A DNA stretch of 64,000 nucleotides from Nostoc sp. LPT (lineage in GTDB: Bacteria > Cyanobacteriota > Cyanobacteriia > Cyanobacteriales > Nostocaceae). Under the pieces are notes generated by a model. The model saw only the letters and a list, made by a program, of their open reading frames with translations, was not told the origin of the DNA and made no database searches. This document shows positions 57,812 to 64,000 of the stretch, in pieces (the first letter of the stretch is position 1; every line of letters starts with the position of its first letter). The DNA lies in NCBI RefSeq assembly GCF_017115165.1, contig NZ_JABXKF010000082.1, forward strand, positions 17,196-81,195, read 5' to 3'. The position numbers were made by a program, and so were the translations under genes.

Positions 57812-59200
57812 TTAGGCGTAAACCCAATTAGGGCTAAAACCTTGTATAGTTGCTAAAGAAATTAAAGGTAGAGTTGTTATTTTATAAGCCTTACTCAAAA
57901 TATCTAAATTTAATAAATCATCAGCTTGACTAACTTTTAATTCAGATACAAATGACTCAGTATATTTTAACCATTGATTTTTAGATATGTTTTCATAGGC
58001 AATAGTTAAACCGATATGTTGCAACTCTAGAAAAGCCTGAAAATATTCTTCAGATGGCAAGTTATTAGATTTAGACGAATTAACATATTTTGTAGTTGGA
58101 ATTAAATTCCATAGTTGATCGTGAGCTACAAATGACCAAGGCAGATAATGATCTAATGAAATTTCATCCTTATCCAATTTCACTTGAGAATAAATACATT
58201 TAATATCTTGATATTCTAAAATAGTTTTCCAATATTTAGTTTGATTAGTTAAAGAATCTCTTTGGTGTGGCATAAATAATTTGTTAACCACATTGGGAGT
58301 GCTGGGGTTTCTTTGTTGCATATAATTTAACCATTCCCAAGATGCCCAGCCCCTAACTATTGTGTAATTTTCCTCTAAATACTGAATCCAATCTGGATGT
58401 AGAATAATGGCGTTACAATTTTTCTGATCTTCAGCGTTAAAACAGTATAAAGGCTTTTTAATATTAAATTGATCGTTAGCTAAATTAATAATAGCTGGAT
58501 TAACATCATAATCTTTTAATCCTCTAGTTTCTTGAAAAAAGAAAGGACGAATTAAACGATAAGAAACATAGCGATTAATAGAAATAACAATATCATCAAG
58601 ATTTTGATTATTAATAGTTGCACGTAAAAGCTTTTTATCTGTATCTCTAAACTTTAAAATTGGTTCTGTAATTTCTAGCTCAAGAGCATCTAATTTATTA
58701 GCAATTTGGTCTTGTATTCCAAAATAAATTTTAAAATAGTTGTGAGGATACCAAGCATTAGCTAACATTTCAACAATAACTTCTCGAAAGCTAATAGGCG
58801 ACAAAGTATCAAAGCTTCTTCTTTTTAAAATATCTAATACTGATAAAAAGTATAGGTATTTATAAGAGTTGGTTATACTCTTAAATATTTGAGCTAAAAC
58901 AGTAACATTAACCTTGTCTGAAAGTGGTAAATTTTGATTAGTAATTTGATTTTTAAATAATGTTAAATCCCCTAAATATACTTGAATGAAATCATTTGCG
59001 GCTGATTTATTAATCTTATTTAATGCCTTAACAATGTCTGCAACAGTTTCAGCAGTGGGGTCAATTTTTTCGTGATACCAACGGAAGACAATCGGGCGCT
59101 CAACACCTAAACCTATCGCCAGCTGGCTTTGGCTAATGTTGTAAGACTCTAAAACCTGTCTTAGTGCTTGTCCTGCTTTTCCCATGATTTCCATTATCAC
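57812..59200 (-). CDS. HTH (XRE-like) / central helical domain / C-terminal HNH endonuclease protein
   Basis: 462 aa. N-terminal LRQVLESYNISQSQLAIGLGVERPIVFRWYHEK. Central motif TNSYKYLYFLSVLDILKR. C-terminal ISLDHYLPWSFVAHDQLWNLIPTTKYVNSSKSN (H-N-N/H). Very AT-rich with no HIP1 seen. Confidence 0.8.
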   Translation of the reverse strand: MIMEIMGKAGQALRQVLESYNISQSQLAIGLGVERPIVFRWYHEKIDPTAETVADIVKALNKINKSAANDFIQVYLGDLTLFKNQITNQNLPLSDKVNVTVLAQIFKSITNSYKYLYFLSVLDILKRRSFDTLSPISFREVIVEMLANAWYPHNYFKIYFGIQDQIANKLDALELEITEPILKFRDTDKKLLRATINNQNLDDIVISINRYVSYRLIRPFFFQETRGLKDYDVNPAIINLANDQFNIKKPLYCFNAEDQKNCNAIILHPDWIQYLEENYTIVRGWASWEWLNYMQQRNPSTPNVVNKLFMPHQRDSLTNQTKYWKTILEYQDIKCIYSQVKLDKDEISLDHYLPWSFVAHDQLWNLIPTTKYVNSSKSNNLPSEEYFQAFLELQHIGLTIAYENISKNQWLKYTESFVSELKVSQADDLLNLDILSKAYKITTLPLISLATIQGFSPNWVYA

Positions 59201-59254
59201 AGGACAGTGAGTATAATTTTGTTAACTTTTATGATAAGCTAAATTCCAAATTTA

Positions 59255-59270
59255 TTATCAGATATGATAA
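59255..59270. promoter_or_regulatory. palindrome TTATCA-gata-TGATAA upstream of the HTH-HNH gene
   Basis: Located 55-70 bp upstream of the ATG at 59200, in the divergent intergenic region. An extra TGATAA half-site lies at 59232-59237. Confidence 0.3.
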
Positions 59271-59302
59271 CAAATTAAGAGAAAATATTGAATACATGAG
59301 TT

Positions 59303-59524
59303 ATGGCAGAAGAATTAGTGACATTAGAAGATAACAGCAGCAATCAAGCCCAGGTAAGTAGAGAAAAGATAAAACACCTGCTAGTCGGTAGTCCTAATGT
59401 AGTGAAGAGGACTATCTATCGCTTGCATACTACAGGTTATGCAGAAATAGGCTCTTGGTCTAAACCTGTAAGAGCAGGTAGTTTAGGTGAATCAGGCGAT
59501 GTAGTGAGCATATTAATTAGATAG
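59303..59524 (+). CDS. small hypothetical protein
   Basis: 73-aa ATG ORF (LLVGSPNVVKRTIYRLHTTGYAEIGSWSKP). Followed by a hairpin at 59551-59581. Confidence 0.5.
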   Translation: MAEELVTLEDNSSNQAQVSREKIKHLLVGSPNVVKRTIYRLHTTGYAEIGSWSKPVRAGSLGESGDVVSILIR

Positions 59525-59550
59525 CAAGTCTAGGAAATAAAAGGTGTAGG

Positions 59551-59581
59551 GAGTTGGTGCGATCGCGCATTGCACCGACTC
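59551..59581. repeat. hairpin repeat, same family as 60518-60547
   Basis: gagttggtgc/gcaccgactc stem preceded by aaaggtgtaggGAGTTGG. The second copy reads aaaagtgtaagGAGTTGG. Confidence 0.5.
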
Positions 59582-59613
59582 TTGATAATTTAAATAACTA
59601 GAGAACTAATTGA

Positions 59614-60510
59614 ATGACACGTTTCATACATGACAAATTTGCCAAAGACTATCTTGAAGAATTGTTAAAAAATTACGGAGAAGTCAAGTTATCAGAAAAA
59701 GTCTCAGGAGAAATTAAAGAAATAGATGTTTTCTTCACTCCTGACAAACAGCAAAGCTCTAATTTACAAATACTGGGTTTACTAGGAAGATTTGCTGAAA
59801 ATCCTGCACTCATAGAACCATTCCGCAATCCAGCTTCTACCGATGAAATATGTGACTGTATTCTAAAATTATTAGAAGTCAAGGCTCTCTTACGACGAGA
59901 AGCTAAAGCTAATAAAACTAAACTTCAGGTCTCAGAAATTCCCAAATTGTGGGTTCTTACTCCAACGGTATCTGAAACTAGATTGTCTAGTTTTGGAACT
60001 ATGCAAAAAGAAGGTTGGTTATCAAGAGTATATTTTCTCGCAGATGCTTTGCGGACAGCAATTGTAGCGATACATCAATTACCACAGATACCGGAAACTT
60101 TATGGTTGAGGCTTTTGGGTAGGGGAAGCGTGCAGTCGCAAGCGATTATCGAATTGCAAGCGTTACCATTAAATCATCCATACCAAAAAGCAACCCTGGA
60201 ATTAGTTTACAACTTGCGCGAAAACTTGAGAGTAAATCAAGAATTAGAAGCAGATAATAGGGAGTTAGTTATGCGATTAGAACCACTTTATCAAAGAGAC
60301 AGAGAACAAGCTAAACAAGAAGGAAGACAACAAGGAGAACAACATTTAATTATACGTCAACTTAATCGCCATGTTGGGGAAATTAATGAATCATTAATCG
60401 AGCGAATTAAAGGATTATCGCTTGAACAATTAGAGAATTTAGGAGAAGCATTATTAGACTTTTCTAATGTTGCTGATTTAGAAATTTGGTTAAACCAACA
60501 ACAAGGGTAA
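59614..60510 (+). CDS. Rpn/PD-(D/E)xK-like protein with DUF4351-like C-terminal domain
   Basis: 298 aa. N-terminal DKFAKDYLEELLKNYGEVKLSEKVSGEIKEIDVFFTP. C-terminal EGRQQGEQHLIIRQLNRHVGEI...LSLEQLENLGEALLDF, typical of the abundant cyanobacterial family as I recall it. Confidence 0.65.
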   Translation: MTRFIHDKFAKDYLEELLKNYGEVKLSEKVSGEIKEIDVFFTPDKQQSSNLQILGLLGRFAENPALIEPFRNPASTDEICDCILKLLEVKALLRREAKANKTKLQVSEIPKLWVLTPTVSETRLSSFGTMQKEGWLSRVYFLADALRTAIVAIHQLPQIPETLWLRLLGRGSVQSQAIIELQALPLNHPYQKATLELVYNLRENLRVNQELEADNRELVMRLEPLYQRDREQAKQEGRQQGEQHLIIRQLNRHVGEINESLIERIKGLSLEQLENLGEALLDFSNVADLEIWLNQQQG

Positions 60511-60517
60511 AAAGTGT

Positions 60518-60547
60518 AAGGAGTTGGGCCGCTCGGCCCAACTCCTT
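60518..60547. terminator. strong hairpin between convergent genes (possible bidirectional terminator)
   Basis: aaggagttgggccg/cggcccaactcctt, about 13 bp stem. On the minus strand it is followed by acacttttta. Confidence 0.5.
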
Positions 60548-60758
60548 ATTCATAAAACTAAGAAATTTAAAGTAAAAGAATAAACATTTAACCGAAGTTT
60601 TTCTCTGTTATTTCATCAGTTCGCTTTTCTTCAATTTTAGTAACCGTCTCTGGCAAATCAGCATTTAAAATTCGTTCACTCAACTTTGCCAAAACCGCTT
60701 GTCGTAACTGCTGATCGTCAGGTAATTTTGCCAAAAATTCGTCAACAATCTGTTCAAC

Positions 60759-63700
60759 CTACGATTCTCTCCCATGATCCACCCATAGCATTCGATTGAT
60801 TTCTTGACCATCTGGACGAGTCATTGTTATCCATCGGGCTTCAAAACCTTCTCCCTTGGCGGCTACTTCCTTTTGCAAAGCTTCCAAATTCTTAAACCGT
60901 CGCACCAAATCCGCTAATTTCATCTCAAATGCAGTGGCATCATCATCCGTCCATGATTCAGCAGGTTTATCCGCAACAATCATCACCAAAGCTTCCAACC
61001 ATTGAGAATCACTTGCGGTTTCATCGGATGCTGCTCGAATAAAGCGTTTTAGTGAGGATTCAATACATTTTCCGGCTAAATAATTCGCCCTTACCCGCAA
61101 ATCTTCTCTAAGTTTTGTTTCCTTACTTCTGACCCCAAAGCCTTCATAAATCAGTTTTTGACAATCACTCAATAAGCGATCGTAAGCTGTATGAATCTCT
61201 CTGAGGGCATGAACTAACTTAGTACGTAAAGTTTTCGCAGTGACACCATCATCCCCGGCTTCAGTGCCGATAGAGGGTAAATTACAAGCTGCTGGTAAAG
61301 TTTTAAACAACAATTCATCAGGCTCAACAGTAGTTTTTAATGCCTTTAAAATGGCTCTTGGTTCATCCGCCAAACGTCGGGTTTGTTGAGTATATTTAGG
61401 CAGTTTGTTAACAAATTGATAAAGAGGAGTAACTACCGTTAACAGGGTGGCATTACGAACTTTACTCAATTTTTTTAATTGAGGATTGCGTAAAATTACT
61501 TCTAATTCTTTGAAAACTTCTGCCCTTAATCCGACTACTGCAAAATACTTAACTGCAAACCGTTCAGGATATTTAACTAATAATTCAAAATGTTCTGTTC
61601 CTAATACAGGAATAAATGTACCGTCTTGATAAAGTCCCAAATCATCAGCGTGATACAATAGTACCGCCGCTAAAATAACCGGAACTGCACCTTGTTTCAC
61701 ACCGTAGGGAGGTGCTGCTAAATGTTGATAAAGTAAATTAAAAGTTTGGCTTGTTTCTGTTGCTGCTAAACAAAAATTCTCAACTGCTTCCCACAGAGAA
61801 TTCAAACCCGAATTTTCTAATGGTGGATAAAAATCCCAATAATCATCTTCTTGGCGATAAATCCCTGTTTCTTCTAACAGAGAATAATACATACTAACTT
61901 CGGGGCCATAACCCTCTAAGCCTAATATCTCTTCACTTTGATGTTCTAACATTGCCTGAATCAATTCTCGTCTAGCCTTTACGCCTTGAGAGGTTAAATC
62001 TCGACGGTTAATTAATTCATTCCACAAAATTGCACTGCGATGATAAACGCGAGCGCAAATATCAGAAAGCTTACTATTAAAGTCAGTAATGTTATTGAGT
62101 ATTCCGACTTGTCCTTGAATCCAACATTGCTGATTTACACCTATACTAAATGACTGATTGAGAGTTTCATCTAAAAATTCTTCAGCTTCTTGTAAACGAT
62201 AATTTACCTCTTTTCTCGCTACCCCATCAGTTTGTAACTCTTTGGCTGTTTTTTTGATGTTATTTAAAGCCACAAATTCTAGAGTACGAATTCGCAAAAT
62301 ATCTAAGTTAGCTGCACTCAAAATAACTAATGGTTTACCATCGCTAGTTGTGGAAGGAACAGAACTAGGCATTTCGTCATCTACCCAATACCCAACCAAA
62401 CCATCTGCATCCACACTACTACAACGTAACTGACTCAAATCTTGGAAATTATCTAAATAATGCCGTTCAAAATAACGTAAAGTTCCCGTCTGATAACTGT
62501 GACGTTGTGCTACTAAAGGTCTTAAAGGACGCTGGAGAGATAACAGCTTAACTAAAGGCGATCGCTCTTGTTCTATATATGTACTTAACTCACCATCGAC
62601 ATTAAAATCAGAACCTTGCCAAATCCGCAATTCATCTAATTGACGACGATGAGTAATTAGATTCTGTTTTAGTAGTTTATCAATAATTTGTTGCCAATAA
62701 TTAACCTGTGCTTCTGACGGGCGATCGCACATTGCTAAAGATACTAAAGTTCTTGTCGCCCTCATCGAACCTATAACTGTAATCAGGTTCAAAATCCCAA
62801 TAGTTTTTAGTACCCTAAGACTATCTTCTTCTAAGCGTTTAGCATCATTAATTAAATCTTGAATTTCTACCCATCTTTGCAAATTAGGGCGAGAGGCTAA
62901 ACCCATTCCCGCAGCTTCAATAAAATAGTCATAAACTCGATCTAACTTAAGACTTGGTAAGTTATTATCTTTAACTGTTACTTCTTCTAGGAAATTACGA
63001 AATGATAAAGGCTCGCCACTCGTTAAAAATGTGAATAAAGAACGGTCATTTTGAGCATACCGTTGACAGAGAGTTGGTAAAGCAAACGCAGATAAGGGAT
63101 GTAGCGGATAAACTTTTTTTATAACTTGATCGGTTATTTCTTCATCTACAATTATTGATTCTAAATATTTGCTCCACTCCTCAGAGTCACTACGAATAGC
63201 ACAGCTTATATTGTCTGCTGCCGACGAATCAATCGCTTCTCCAATTAAACTCATCATTTGTCCAGATGATTCAGTAAAAGCAATATCCTCAAATCGCCCT
63301 TGAATCTTTGCCCATTCGTTTTTTTGAAAAGTTGCTAATCTTTGAGTATATTCTGCAAATGCTTGATGTAAAATACCTAAAATGTAAATAGGAGTTTTGG
63401 TATCTTTTGGTAATTCAGCTAATTGTTGTAAAAGATATAAATCCTCAGCACCTTGAGCATGAGCAGCATACTCTAAATTCTTACCCAGCTCATCAATAAC
63501 AAGGAAAATACCAGTTTTAGATTCCTTGGCAACTTCTAATACCAAATTAGGAATCTCTTTACTATCAACTTTTCCCCCATCATTAATTTCTGCTTCTAAA
63601 TCTACTAACTGACGAACAACATTGATTTTGTTTTTTTGGGTAGCAGTCCAAAAAGTATCAACACCTGTTAATAAAGCTCTGATAATGGTATGACTAATCG

Positions 63701-64000
63701 GTTCTCTTTGTCCCGTAGCCACAGCCCTCATTAATCCTACCGAGTTAATTTTGTCTTGAATGAATTGATAAATGTCACTATCTTTACCTAATTTTTCTTC
63801 AGCTATTGATAAAGCTTTAATGTGCATTTTATTCTGAGACTTAGCACATAAGGAAATTAAATAATGAGTAAAAGCAGATTTTCCAGTCCCATAAACACTG
63901 GTTAATGTCCAAGCTCTATTTCCTTCATCAGAATTAAAACTATTTAAGATACGTGAGAGAGAATCAATTGCTTTTTTAGTCAGAACATAACCCTCTAAAG
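60759..64000 (-). CDS. large P-loop NTPase (over 1079 aa, 5' end outside window)
   Basis: The track ORF starts at M (63827), but the frame stays open to base 64000. Hand translation upstream gives ...WTLTSVYGTGKSAFTHYLISL (Walker A at about 63876-63890). Walker B-like IFLVIDELGK. Long helical remainder. TAG stop at 60759-60761. Confidence 0.85.
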   Translation of the reverse strand, partial: LEGYVLTKKAIDSLSRILNSFNSDEGNRAWTLTSVYGTGKSAFTHYLISLCAKSQNKMHIKALSIAEEKLGKDSDIYQFIQDKINSVGLMRAVATGQREPISHTIIRALLTGVDTFWTATQKNKINVVRQLVDLEAEINDGGKVDSKEIPNLVLEVAKESKTGIFLVIDELGKNLEYAAHAQGAEDLYLLQQLAELPKDTKTPIYILGILHQAFAEYTQRLATFQKNEWAKIQGRFEDIAFTESSGQMMSLIGEAIDSSAADNISCAIRSDSEEWSKYLESIIVDEEITDQVIKKVYPLHPLSAFALPTLCQRYAQNDRSLFTFLTSGEPLSFRNFLEEVTVKDNNLPSLKLDRVYDYFIEAAGMGLASRPNLQRWVEIQDLINDAKRLEEDSLRVLKTIGILNLITVIGSMRATRTLVSLAMCDRPSEAQVNYWQQIIDKLLKQNLITHRRQLDELRIWQGSDFNVDGELSTYIEQERSPLVKLLSLQRPLRPLVAQRHSYQTGTLRYFERHYLDNFQDLSQLRCSSVDADGLVGYWVDDEMPSSVPSTTSDGKPLVILSAANLDILRIRTLEFVALNNIKKTAKELQTDGVARKEVNYRLQEAEEFLDETLNQSFSIGVNQQCWIQGQVGILNNITDFNSKLSDICARVYHRSAILWNELINRRDLTSQGVKARRELIQAMLEHQSEEILGLEGYGPEVSMYYSLLEETGIYRQEDDYWDFYPPLENSGLNSLWEAVENFCLAATETSQTFNLLYQHLAAPPYGVKQGAVPVILAAVLLYHADDLGLYQDGTFIPVLGTEHFELLVKYPERFAVKYFAVVGLRAEVFKELEVILRNPQLKKLSKVRNATLLTVVTPLYQFVNKLPKYTQQTRRLADEPRAILKALKTTVEPDELLFKTLPAACNLPSIGTEAGDDGVTAKTLRTKLVHALREIHTAYDRLLSDCQKLIYEGFGVRSKETKLREDLRVRANYLAGKCIESSLKRFIRAASDETASDSQWLEALVMIVADKPAESWTDDDATAFEMKLADLVRRFKNLEALQKEVAAKGEGFEARWITMTRPDGQEINRMLWVDHGRES

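Noticed and set aside
57788-57814. The HTH-HNH ORF and the helicase ORF are in the same reading frame, raising the possibility of one fused protein
   Set aside because: Three stop codons (TAA 57812-57814, TAG 57791-57793, TAA 57788-57790) separate them. The two genes also differ strongly in base composition. The shared frame is most likely coincidence.

Overview
This 64 kb window looks like chromosomal DNA from a filamentous, probably Nostocales, cyanobacterium. Evidence: many HIP1 palindromes (GCGATCGC), several tandem heptamer (STRR-type) arrays, and the gene content. Housekeeping genes recognised from their translations are bioF, ruvA, sucrose-phosphate phosphatase, xseA/xseB, recA, thiD, glnB (PII), rdgB, a phosphohexomutase, queC and pyrE, plus one tRNA(CAU). 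Signalling genes are two giant PAS/GAF hybrid histidine kinases and a CphB-type phytochrome with its response regulator. Several visibly AT-richer accessory patches, with no HIP1 seen by eye, interrupt this backbone. (1) 8.8-13.6 kb holds a TIR/pentapeptide/WD40 giant protein behind a 160-aa partner, next to a truncated native spp gene and a divergent full-length spp copy. (2) 24.1-26.4 kb holds vapBC plus a three-gene HNH islet with a promoter-overlapping palindrome. (3) 41.9-43.8 kb holds a convergent m5C-methyltransferase/endonuclease pair. (4) 53.7-64 kb is the most interesting region. It carries a co-directional HTH-HNH protein, an N-terminally truncated SF2 helicase, a MORC-like GHKL ATPase and a DndA/SspA-like cysteine desulfurase with overlapping stop/start codons. 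A large P-loop ATPase follows and runs off the window. I propose (4) as a candidate sulfur-linked DNA modification/restriction island that I cannot match to a described system from memory. Other items are an 84-bp tandem hairpin array, several MITE-like inverted-repeat elements, a truncated IS701-family transposase, a ParM/ParR-like pair and an AAC(6')-Ie-like acetyltransferase. All calls rest on reading the translations and the DNA by eye. No database search was run.
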